The position numbers were made by a program, and so were the translations under genes. Shown here in pieces: positions 18,944 to 28,400 of a stretch of 64,000 nt of DNA (its first letter is position 1; every line of letters begins with the position of its first letter). The DNA is taken from contig NZ_CP036264.1 of NCBI RefSeq assembly GCF_008035925.1, forward strand, positions 2,412,443-2,476,442, given 5' to 3'. The DNA comes from Stieleria maiorica (GTDB taxonomy: Bacteria > Planctomycetota > Planctomycetia > Pirellulales > Pirellulaceae). A model generated the notes under the pieces. It saw only the letters and a program-made list of their open reading frames with translations. It ran no database searches and was not told the DNA's origin.

Positions 18944-20578
18944 TCAACGCGTGGAATCTGGCAACGCAAACGTCGACTCGTACCGTGGCATCTGCTTTGC
19001 CTCCCACGAGGTTTCGGATTGCTCGTTGATGAACCAGCGAGGGTGCGTGTGCGTCGTGCTCCATCGTTTCGCTTCGTCAACCATGGAGCGGACGATTTCG
19101 GGGTGTTGTGAACTCAGGTCATGAACTTCACCGAGGTCGGTCTGTATGTCGAACAGTTGCCATGACGCTTTTGGGCCTCGCTTAAGCGCTTTCCATTGAT
19201 CCCGACGGATGCCCACATTGTGAAATCCGTTCCAATGACGCAACGCAAAAATCGATTCGCCCGCACGCGGCGTTTCGCCTGACGAAACAGCGTCCCAAAT
19301 GTCTTTGCCGTGAAATTCTTGTTCGGCCGGCAGCGTGGCTCCGGCAAGTCGCGCGAACGTGGGATAAAAATCGAGTGCCGAGACGGGGTGTTCAAAACGC
19401 GTTGCCGCCGCAAGCTGATCCGGCCAGTGAAAGAACATCGGGACGCGGAATCCGCCTTCGCAAACGCTGCCTTTCCCTTGTTGCAGCGGCGCGTTGTTGG
19501 CCCCGGCGCCGATCTTTCCGCCGTTGTCACTAAGAAACACGATCAGCGTGTTGTCGAGTGCACCGTTGGCCTTGAGCGCGTCGACCAATCGCCCGACGCC
19601 TCGATCAACCGCATACACCATCGCGGCGTAGGTTCTTCGTTTCTCGTCTTCGATGTGTTCAAACTTGGCGAGGTCGTCTTCCTTGGCCTCCAGCGGCGTG
19701 TGCGGGGCGTTGTAGGCGAGATACAAGAAGAACGGTTGTTGTTTCTGCTCGGCTTCGTTCACAAATCGAACCGCTTCGCGCGACAACGCATCGGTCATGT
19801 ACTCGCTCTCTTCAACGACCGTCCCATTGTGTTCCAGCGGCGTAATGTATTCGTTAAACCGCGTTTTTCCGGCGTTTTTCTGACGCTGGTAGATCGGCCC
19901 GTAACGCTCGGGAAAATACATGTGCCCGCCACCAAGGAAGCCGTAGAAATCGTCGAATCCACGCTCGTTGGGATGGAACTGGGGCGCGAATCCAAGATGC
20001 CATTTCCCGATCGCGCCGGTGTAGTAGCCGGCGCGTTGAAGCACCGCTGCGATCAATGTTTCCTCCACCGCTATGCCTTCGTCGTCGTACCGATCAAACT
20101 CGGTGCCGGATGGCGGAAGATTGAAGGGCGCGCCGAACACGTGGGGATACCGACCGGACAGCATCCCCATCCGGCTTGGGCCGCAAAACGGATGCGTCAC
20201 ATAGGCGGACGAAAAGATCGTGCCGTTTTTTGCCAACCGGTCGAGCGCCGGGGTGGTGATGTCTTGGGAACCGTTGAATCCAACATCGGCGTATCCCAGA
20301 TCGTCACAGAGGATCAGCACAATATTCGGACGCGGGGCCGCGGACTGGGCACCGCTAACGCACGTAGTGACACCGAGCAAAACAAGCAGGAAAAGCAATG
20401 AATCAGACGCGATTTTTTTGACCAACGGGAACTTCTCCACTCGAAGGAATTTCAAATTCAATCGCCCCGAATCGGGCGTAGAAACGGACCTCGCCGCACG
20501 GTCACCGACCGAGTCTCGCGGTCGTTTCCAAGCGAGGGCTTTCTCAGGTACCGCCAAGTCATGGCTTGTGGGCTGCAT
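18944..20578 (-). CDS. arylsulfatase family protein, secreted
   Basis: IVLILCDDLGYADVGFNG plus the sulfatase signature C-G-P-S-R in HPFCGPSRMGMLSGRYPH, and LSDNGG. The signal peptide SLLFLLVLLGVTTCVSGAQS lies ~60 aa into the ORF, so the true (possibly non-ATG) start is probably downstream of 20578. Confidence 0.8.
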   Translation of the reverse strand: MQPTSHDLAVPEKALAWKRPRDSVGDRAARSVSTPDSGRLNLKFLRVEKFPLVKKIASDSLLFLLVLLGVTTCVSGAQSAAPRPNIVLILCDDLGYADVGFNGSQDITTPALDRLAKNGTIFSSAYVTHPFCGPSRMGMLSGRYPHVFGAPFNLPPSGTEFDRYDDEGIAVEETLIAAVLQRAGYYTGAIGKWHLGFAPQFHPNERGFDDFYGFLGGGHMYFPERYGPIYQRQKNAGKTRFNEYITPLEHNGTVVEESEYMTDALSREAVRFVNEAEQKQQPFFLYLAYNAPHTPLEAKEDDLAKFEHIEDEKRRTYAAMVYAVDRGVGRLVDALKANGALDNTLIVFLSDNGGKIGAGANNAPLQQGKGSVCEGGFRVPMFFHWPDQLAAATRFEHPVSALDFYPTFARLAGATLPAEQEFHGKDIWDAVSSGETPRAGESIFALRHWNGFHNVGIRRDQWKALKRGPKASWQLFDIQTDLGEVHDLSSQHPEIVRSMVDEAKRWSTTHTHPRWFINEQSETSWEAKQMPRYESTFALPDSTR

Positions 20579-20873
20579 CGAGATTCCGTCGTCCCGCTGA
20601 TTTACCGCGTTTTTCCTGAGCTTTCTTTCCGATTTCGTCGGCGATCCGCGATCGGTTTTGGGGCAGAGCCCGGGCAGCGTTTAGCGCTTCAGCACTGTTC
20701 GTGTGCTCACCCGAACCGCCGTTCTTTTGGCCAACCGGGCGCAACATTGGTATCATTTGGGGCTATCTAGGAGCGAGCTCGAGTGGGGAAAGGCAGCGTC
20801 GACATCGAGTCGATTCAGGCGGTCCGATCCACGAACTCCGCGTCCGAACTCCGGAAAACTTGACCGGATCTTG

Positions 20874-22202
20874 ATGACAGAAAGAGCTTTCTTGCAGGAG
20901 CAACTGATGACGGCGACATCGGATCCGCGGGAGATGATCCCGGGGGGATTCACACCTACATTTCATTGGCGTGTTCTGGGCACTCCGGCTCCTGTGTTTC
21001 CGGGATTTGAAATCGATATTTGTGACCCGGTCGACAAGGAATGCGAACCGGATGCCGTTTGGCATCGCAACCGCGCCAAAGGCATTCTGCGAGATCATCC
21101 GGAGGTTCGACAACTCTTTGGTCCGGCACCGATAACGGCCCTTTTTTGCGTCGCCGCGGTTGCCCTGCAACTGGGGATCGCCATCAGCTTGGTCGGACGG
21201 GCGTGGTGGATCATTGTTTTGGTTGCCTGGGGTGTCGGGGCGATCATCAACATCGCCCTGTTCAATCTCGCGCACGAGTGCAATCACGGGTTGATCTTTC
21301 GAAACAAGGCCGCAAGCCGTTGGCTTTTCACCTTCACCTCCTTGCCGATGCTGTTTCCCGGCCACCATACGTGGTGGATCGAGCACCACGTTCATCACAA
21401 TCATTTGGGATCGAACAAGGACTTCGTCAAACGCCGACGCAGTATCCTGTTGGCGTTGAAAGACCGAATCTTCAATTACACGCCCGGCCCTCGCGTGCAA
21501 CGGATGACGACTTGGATCACGACTCCGCTTTTCTGGCCGTTGGCGGCGTTCATGCTTGTCACCCAAATCCTGCGAGCGGTCGTGGGCTTGGTCGTGTATG
21601 CGGTCACCGCACTGTATCACCGGCGACTCAAGCCCACCGATTTCACCTTGGCAGTTTTGGCGGATGAGCATCTGGTGTCAGGCTACAAACGCTACAAGAT
21701 TGAATCGTGGGCGGTGACGTATCCTTTGGTCGCCCTGGCGCTGATCTGCACCTTGTATTCGTTCTTCGGTTGGGTGCCGTTGCTCTACCTGTTTCTCAGT
21801 GCGCTATTCACGACCGGATTTCTCCATCCCTTGGCGTTCGGAATGATGCTTAGCAATTCGCATTTCCATGGGCATCAGTGCTACCAACCGAGTTCATCCA
21901 ACTACGGGCCGGTCAATTGGATCACCTTTAACTTTGGCATGCACACGGAACATCATGACTTTCATTACATCCCGTGGTTTCGTTTGGGACGTTTGCGTCG
22001 GATCGCACCCGAGTACTACAACAATCTCAAGCACACACGATCGTTCAGCGCGTTGGCGTTGCAATTTGCGTTCGGCACGCGCGATGCGTTCAACAACGAG
22101 GAGTACCGGAATTCCGAGCTTCTTCGCGACAAGGGATTGCAATCTGCGGAAAGCAACGTTTTAGCCGAGGGACCGGAGACAGCCGAGATCACGATTGAAT
22201 GA
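20874..22202 (+). CDS. membrane fatty-acid/sphingolipid desaturase family protein
   Basis: The three His boxes are HECNHG, HHTWWIEHHVHHNH and HTEHHDF, in a polytopic membrane protein. The ORF-track start (GTG at 20703) is probably too far upstream; I took the ATG at 20874. Confidence 0.75.
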   Translation: MTERAFLQEQLMTATSDPREMIPGGFTPTFHWRVLGTPAPVFPGFEIDICDPVDKECEPDAVWHRNRAKGILRDHPEVRQLFGPAPITALFCVAAVALQLGIAISLVGRAWWIIVLVAWGVGAIINIALFNLAHECNHGLIFRNKAASRWLFTFTSLPMLFPGHHTWWIEHHVHHNHLGSNKDFVKRRRSILLALKDRIFNYTPGPRVQRMTTWITTPLFWPLAAFMLVTQILRAVVGLVVYAVTALYHRRLKPTDFTLAVLADEHLVSGYKRYKIESWAVTYPLVALALICTLYSFFGWVPLLYLFLSALFTTGFLHPLAFGMMLSNSHFHGHQCYQPSSSNYGPVNWITFNFGMHTEHHDFHYIPWFRLGRLRRIAPEYYNNLKHTRSFSALALQFAFGTRDAFNNEEYRNSELLRDKGLQSAESNVLAEGPETAEITIE

Positions 22203-22280
22203 ACACGCTGCTATAGAACTGGCAAAACGATGGGGCAAAACGATGGGGCAAAACGATTTTGCTTCGTTCAGACGCCCCGT

Positions 22281-23942
22281 TCAGATGGTTCGCGACAGCG
22301 GCGGGTTCCACTGGATTTTCCAGCCGGCATCGATCATCGATGCGCCGTCGCCGTTCGGTGCGGGCAACGCGTCATCTTCCAGCTCGGGCCGGTTCAGTTC
22401 CACCGAATCGTCCTCGTCGACGGCGGGTTCGGCAGGCGTCGTCTCGATGCTTTTCAAACCCGTTTTCGGCGTGCCATCGAAGGTTTCGGCCGGCTTCAGA
22501 CTCATCTGAGAATTGGACGCCGGCTGGGCGATGGTCGACGACGAGTCGCTGGATTGGGCGAACGAGGAGAACCCGTGGGTGATCGCGCTGCCGAAGGGGT
22601 CGTAGTAGGTCATCGGCACGCGCATCACGGTTTGACGCGGCACGACGACGGTTTCGGTGTAGGGTTCGTAGACCGTGCGTGTGACCGGACGGCGGACCGT
22701 CTGAACGACCTCTTCGTACTCTGTGTACTGGACGGTCTGGGGAACCTTCTTGGTTTCGTAACGGATCTTGCTGGTTTGCACCGGCACCTTGCGAACTTGC
22801 TCTTCGGTGATCCAGCGCTGTTGGGTCACGGGCACCTTGCGGGTCATGGTTTTGGTGACCGGGCGTTGAACGACGTAGGGCACCTTGCGGACCATCGTCG
22901 TCGGCACCATCCGCGTTGACTGGACCGGGACGTTTTGGGTGACCACTTCGGTCTGCATCCGGGTCGTTTGGACGGGGACTTTTTGGGTGACGACCTCGCT
23001 TTGCATCCGTTGGACTTGGACGGGCACCTGGACCTGCTCGGTCACCGGCATGTACGACGTCTGGGCGACCTGTTGTTGGACGTAATTGGGGCGGTAGACG
23101 TACTGGGTCTGCGCCGTGGGCGGCGTGACGACCGGTTTGGCGACGTAACCGCCGCGGACACGGGCAAAGATCCCCAGCGGTCCCGGGGTCGCGTAAAGGC
23201 CGCGTTGGTACTGCAGGCCGTAGCCGACCGATCCCGGAGTGATCGTGGTTTGGGGGACGTAGCCGCCGGCGTCCACGGTCTGGTTGACCATCGTGGTTTG
23301 CGGGCGCAGCGTCGTGTACTGCTGCGTCTGCATTTGCGTCTCGACGACCGGTCGCTGGACGGTGTACTGCTGTTCGTAATAGCTGGTTTCGGTCACGGGC
23401 CGCTGGACCGTGTATTGCTGTTGGTACATCTGCGTTTCGGTCACCGGCCGATACGTCGTGTACTGTTCCTCGCGCTCGGAGGTTTCGGTGACGTACTCGG
23501 TTTCGGTGTACGTTTCGTCGCGATAGCTGGTCTCGGTGATCGGTTTCCAAACCGTGAATCGCTCTTCTTTGTAAGACGTTTCGACGGTGTTGACCGGGAC
23601 GGTGACTTCACGCATTTCGGTGCGGGTGCGGACAACCGGGCGGAACGATTTGACTTGCTCCTCGACCATTTCGGTCCGGTACACCGGACGCATCCGCTGC
23701 ACCGTCTGCTGTTCGTAACAGGTCGTCGGCTCCAGCCGGTAGGCCTGGGGATAGCAAAAATCCTGAGCGCTGGCCCCGCCGCCCGATAGACAAGCCCATC
23801 CGCCCAGAAAACAGGCAGCGGAACCGGTGAGAACCAGACTGCGAGGGAATCGTTTGCAGGAGAACTGGCGAAACATCGCGAGGAGACCTTCTGGAGCAAA
23901 TAAACGTGTAAACGCGATCGACCGAGCGCATCGGGGGCCCAT
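22281..23942 (-). CDS. secreted repetitive protein (Thr/Gln/Val/Tyr-rich tandem repeats), hypothetical
   Basis: A signal peptide is followed by many ~16-19-aa repeats (YTVQRPVTETSY..., VPVQ..RMQ.EVVTQ.). These are mirrored by ~48-bp nucleotide tandem repeats at 22921-23045. Confidence 0.5.
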   Translation of the reverse strand: MGPRCARSIAFTRLFAPEGLLAMFRQFSCKRFPRSLVLTGSAACFLGGWACLSGGGASAQDFCYPQAYRLEPTTCYEQQTVQRMRPVYRTEMVEEQVKSFRPVVRTRTEMREVTVPVNTVETSYKEERFTVWKPITETSYRDETYTETEYVTETSEREEQYTTYRPVTETQMYQQQYTVQRPVTETSYYEQQYTVQRPVVETQMQTQQYTTLRPQTTMVNQTVDAGGYVPQTTITPGSVGYGLQYQRGLYATPGPLGIFARVRGGYVAKPVVTPPTAQTQYVYRPNYVQQQVAQTSYMPVTEQVQVPVQVQRMQSEVVTQKVPVQTTRMQTEVVTQNVPVQSTRMVPTTMVRKVPYVVQRPVTKTMTRKVPVTQQRWITEEQVRKVPVQTSKIRYETKKVPQTVQYTEYEEVVQTVRRPVTRTVYEPYTETVVVPRQTVMRVPMTYYDPFGSAITHGFSSFAQSSDSSSTIAQPASNSQMSLKPAETFDGTPKTGLKSIETTPAEPAVDEDDSVELNRPELEDDALPAPNGDGASMIDAGWKIQWNPPLSRTI

Positions 23943-24137
23943 CTACAGGGGCACCGTGTAAGGTTACGCAGTTCATTAGCCAAATGCCAAAAAAAGAGTA
24001 CAAAAACCCCTGTTTTGACTCAAGAACGCCGCGCCAGATTCACCAAATTGCCTGACTGTTTGCCCACTTCACCAGGCGGAAACTGGGGCCCCAAGGGGAC
24101 AGTTTGCCGGTTGTCGCGGTCGTGCGGATTGGGGCGG

Positions 24138-24217
24138 TGGGTAAGAAGACTATGAATTGCACCACCATTCGATTCAGCCAATTTTCTTGCCTCCAAAATC
24201 TTCCTACCTCTCCACCC
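24138..24217. repeat. dispersed ~80-nt repeat element (copy 2)
   Basis: It aligns ungapped with 9305-9382. It lies upstream (relative to the - strand) of the repetitive secreted protein gene 22281-23942 and just downstream of the metallopeptidase gene. Confidence 0.8.
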
Positions 24218-24255
24218 ACCAACGACCGGCCGAGACGGAGGCTGACACGCGCGAT

Positions 24256-25320
24256 CTATTTGCCGATGTTGGTCATCCATTCGGACTTGGGCAATCGGGC
24301 CAACCAGGCCAGCCACGCGTAGTTGGAGGCCGAGATCATCGCTTCGCTGTGGTTCAGGCTGAGCGCGGCCAATCCGTAGGCGGCTTTCTTGCGACCGCCG
24401 TGCATGATCTTTTCCTTGCCGTTGGCAGGCCCGACCAAGTGTGCCATTTCGTGCACCATCGCATCGGTCATGAAGATGACATCTTTGCCCTTCATGTTTT
24501 TGACGCAGACCTTGACCCGTTTGTAGTCTTCGACCTCCATGTGAAACCCACCCGGAATGGCTTCGGCGAAAATGGCGTGCCCTTCATCATTGGTGCAACT
24601 GCCTCCGGTTCGCACGAACGGTCGGACGGCACGTCGAGCGCGGGGATAGCGATTGAAGATCTTGATGATCTTGTTGATCGCGAGCACCTGTTGCTTTTCG
24701 GTCGACAAACTCTTGATTTTGAAGCAGCGGTCGACCAGATCGTAGCTCGGTTTCTCAGCCTTCGTGCCTTCCAGGTATTTCAACGCGTTGAGCAGTTCGA
24801 CGACGGCGCCGAGCGCCCAGCGTTCGGCGCGATTGACCGCGGCGTTGACGCGCGTCATGACGTCCTTTTCCGAATCCGTCATCGGCACGAACGAACTCGT
24901 CCCCGGTCCGGCAGAGCCTCCGCCGCCTCCCGCCCCGCCGGCCGATCCGCCTCCGGACGCCCCCGCAGCCGGTTGCAATTCGTTCAACTTGGCCAGTGTG
25001 CGATGCCCGGGATCGACACGAGCATCGGCGCGGGCGGCCCCGAAGTGATGTTTCTGGAAGATGTAAATCGCCCGCTCGGTCTTGGGGCCGTTTAGCCCGT
25101 CGACGACCAGAATCGGGTTGGGACGCCCCTTGCCGACCGGGACTTGATTGAGGGCCTGCTGGATCGATTTGACATCGGCACGCAGGTTCTTCCCTTGCCG
25201 CCCGACCGAACCCGATATGTGAACTTGGGACGACGTCCCACCGGGTTCGTCCGAACCACTCGTCGGAGAGCAGCGACCGAACAGCCCATAACCCATGCAC
25301 TCTTGGCGGTGCGCAGACAT
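24256..25320 (-). CDS. putative zinc metallopeptidase (HExxH) with N-terminal peptidoglycan-binding domain
   Basis: DVKSIQQALNQVPV...VDGLNGPKTERAIYIFQ is PG_binding_1-like. A Gly/Ala/Ser linker follows. The C-terminal FMTDAMVHEMAHLVG contains HExxH. The Asp in ...TDAMVHEMAH suggests an aspzincin/M35-like or similar zincin fold. Confidence 0.55.
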   Translation of the reverse strand: MSAHRQECMGYGLFGRCSPTSGSDEPGGTSSQVHISGSVGRQGKNLRADVKSIQQALNQVPVGKGRPNPILVVDGLNGPKTERAIYIFQKHHFGAARADARVDPGHRTLAKLNELQPAAGASGGGSAGGAGGGGGSAGPGTSSFVPMTDSEKDVMTRVNAAVNRAERWALGAVVELLNALKYLEGTKAEKPSYDLVDRCFKIKSLSTEKQQVLAINKIIKIFNRYPRARRAVRPFVRTGGSCTNDEGHAIFAEAIPGGFHMEVEDYKRVKVCVKNMKGKDVIFMTDAMVHEMAHLVGPANGKEKIMHGGRKKAAYGLAALSLNHSEAMISASNYAWLAWLARLPKSEWMTNIGK

Positions 25321-25480
25321 GATTCGTCCCTTGCGTTAACGGTGGCGATGAACCCAGGTTATCGTGGCGAAGGGGGGATTGTTTCGTGCTTTTTCGAAAA
25401 TCTTTCACATCAGTCGCCCGGCCGGCCGGGACGCTTGCCGGTCAGACCGATCGAAAACCCCATCCACCAGAAAACGCCGA

Positions 25481-28400
25481 TCAGGCCGGTTCGTCGCCCG
25501 AAGCGGCGTCGAAGGTGGATTCGATCTCTCGGTAGTTCGCCCGCATCGCGTCAAGTTGCTCTTTTAACCGTTCTAAATCGCGGCCGTTGTCGATCGATTC
25601 GCTCAGGATCGGCCGCAACCATTCTTGCATCAGGTGGAATTGTCCTTTGATCAAATCCGCCAACACGCGAGGGACCTTGTGTTGCACAAAGACCTTTTGA
25701 TCGGGCGGTTGGGCGTTTGCTTGATGTTCGCTGATGCGTTGCAGCTGCTCCCCGGTTGTTTTGAGCGTCGCGGCGAGTTGATCGGCCGAAGCGGTCAGGC
25801 TGTGACGCAGTGAATCGATTCTCGCATCCATGCGTTCTTCGCTGCCGTCCCCGCTGGCCGCGATCGCTCGGGAGATGACCTGGCGAATGGATTCCAATCC
25901 GTCCCGCATCGACGCCAATTGACGCATCAATTGTCCCGCCTGGTCCTCGCTGTCCAGACCCTGCATGCGGATGCTTTCGACGAACGAATACTTGATGCTA
26001 TCCCAGCGTTCTTTCTCTTCCGGTGTCAGGATGCCCATCAGTTCCTTGAACTTCAGCACGTTCGCTTCGTTGTCGGTCGTCAACGTCTGGGCGTCTTGTT
26101 CGTAGCTGCTGACGATCAGCGATTGCAGTTCCTTGGCGTTCATCACGCTGGCGACCTTTTCCGCCATGCGATTCATGTTCCGATAGCTGCCCTGCAATTT
26201 GAACGGCGGCTCGGTGCGATAGGCGTCGGCCTGGGCGGCGCTGCGGATGTAGGCCCGATTGACCCGCAACACGACATCGCGGACTTGAAGCAGTTTCCGC
26301 ATCACTTCGTACATGTCGCGGACCTGGTCGGGCGAGAAGTTGCCTTGCAGTTCGATGCCTTCCATCGTGTCGCGTTCGGCGGCGCGGATGATGGCGCGGG
26401 CATCGTCGGGTGAAGCGGAGGAAAGCGGGGCCAGCGTGGTGTTGCTGGTCAAGCAATTTTCCAGGTAGCTCATCTCGAACGCGTCGGCAGAATCCCCGAT
26501 GATCTCGCCCAGGTTGTAGACGTCGGCGCGGTTGGACAACATGTCCGGAATCTGAAACCGCTCGCCGCTTTCGGTGTAGGGATTGCCGGCCATCACGACC
26601 GACACCCTGCGGCCCCGCAGGTCATAGGTTCTTGTTTTGCCGTTGCTGACGCCCTCGATCTTTCGTGTCGCGTCACACAACGAGATGAACTTTTGCAGGA
26701 ACTCGGGATGGGTGTGTTGGATGTCATCCAAGTACAACATCACGTTGTCGCCCATCTCGAGCGCCAGATTCAATCGTTCGACTTCTTCCTTGGCCGCGGC
26801 GTTGGGTGCTTCGGCGGGGTCGAGGGACGTGACCTGATGCCCGATCGCCGGGCCGTTGATTTTCATGAACACCAACCCGAGTCGATTGGCGATGTATTCC
26901 ATCAATGTCGTTTTGCCGTAACCGGGCGGTGAAATTAGCAGCAGCAACCCCATTCGGTCGGTGCGTTTGTTTTCGCCGGCGGCGCCCATTTGTTTGGCCA
27001 GGTTGTCGCCGATCAACGGCAGGTAGACTTCGTCCAGCAAACGGTTGCGGACAAAGCTGGTCAACACGCGTGGCTTGAATTCGTCCAGCCGCATGTCGTC
27101 GCGGGCGGCGTCGACGAGCCTGGATTTGGTTTCGTTCAGTTTTCGATACCGCGGTACGATGTCCAACATGTAACGCCCGACGCGACGAAGCAGTTCGTGA
27201 TAGTGGACGACCATCTTGCCGCCTTGGATCCGATCGTGGTTGCCCACCAATCCGCCCAGCGAGGTCGCGATTTCGACCTCGGCGATTCGCTGCCGTGAGA
27301 GGTCGCCGGACAAAATGATCCACGCCAGTTCGTCCAGGTAGTAGTGAGCCGGATCGACTTGGTTGTCGCCGTCGTGATTGGCCAAGAACGCTTTCGCCCA
27401 GTTGCGTGCCAAGACAAAGGATCGAACCGGATCGCTTTCATTGCTTTTCATCGCGGCTTCGAGCAGCGTTTGACGATCGACTTCGGGCACCGAGTCTGTG
27501 AACGCTTTGTACAATCCGGCGGCACGGGCGCTGCACACGACCTCGGGTTCGTTGTGCACCAATTGGTCGAACAGATAGTTGGCGATTCCCTCGGAGGTGA
27601 CGTTGTGATCGAACAGCGGCCCCCACAGTGGATGGTCTTGCTGGGCCAATTCGGCCAGCCGCTGACGAAATTCCACCGCCGGTTCGGCCTGCGGGTAGGC
27701 TTTGGCCAATTTCGCAAAACCGCCGATCCAATCGGTCATCGCGTCGCGTGTTTTCGAATCCAGCAGTTTCTCAAACCACAGCAAGCCGGCCGCACGAACG
27801 CTGGGGGGATGCCCCAGCAGGTCGATCCGGGCGTCGATCTGCAGCAGCGCAGCGAGGATCATCGCGGCGTCGTGGTCGTGCACCCCTTTGGCGTAACCCT
27901 GGTCGAATCGCCCACCGATCTTCGATTGAATCCAGCCGGCGTCGACGGCTTCGGCGGTCAACGCCGGGCCGTGTGAGTTTCGGTTGTTGAACAGGTCCAC
28001 GGCCAGGAATTCCGCGCGGTAGACGTCGCGGTTTTCGCTGATCAACTCTTGGTTCCACAGATCCTTGGCGTCCGACAGCGCCGGATCCTCCAGCGGTGCA
28101 AAAAACTGGGTGCCGGTCAGGTGCAGGCACATTGCGTCGTTGCGCAGTACCGTGGTCAGATCAAGCGGCTGGGTGTTGACGGCGAACTTCTGTTTTCCCA
28201 AACGGATGATGTGGCCGCCGTCTTCGTACAGGTCTTGCCGATCCTTCAGCTGACGCACCGAATCCTCGCGGATGGTTTTCATCCGGCTTTGCAGATCGCC
28301 GACCCGCACGGCGTCATCGAGTTCCTGCAGTTGGTCGATGATGTCGCGGACCTTTTCGACCATCAAATCGCCGGCAAAGTAGGCCGCGATGTCGTCGGCC

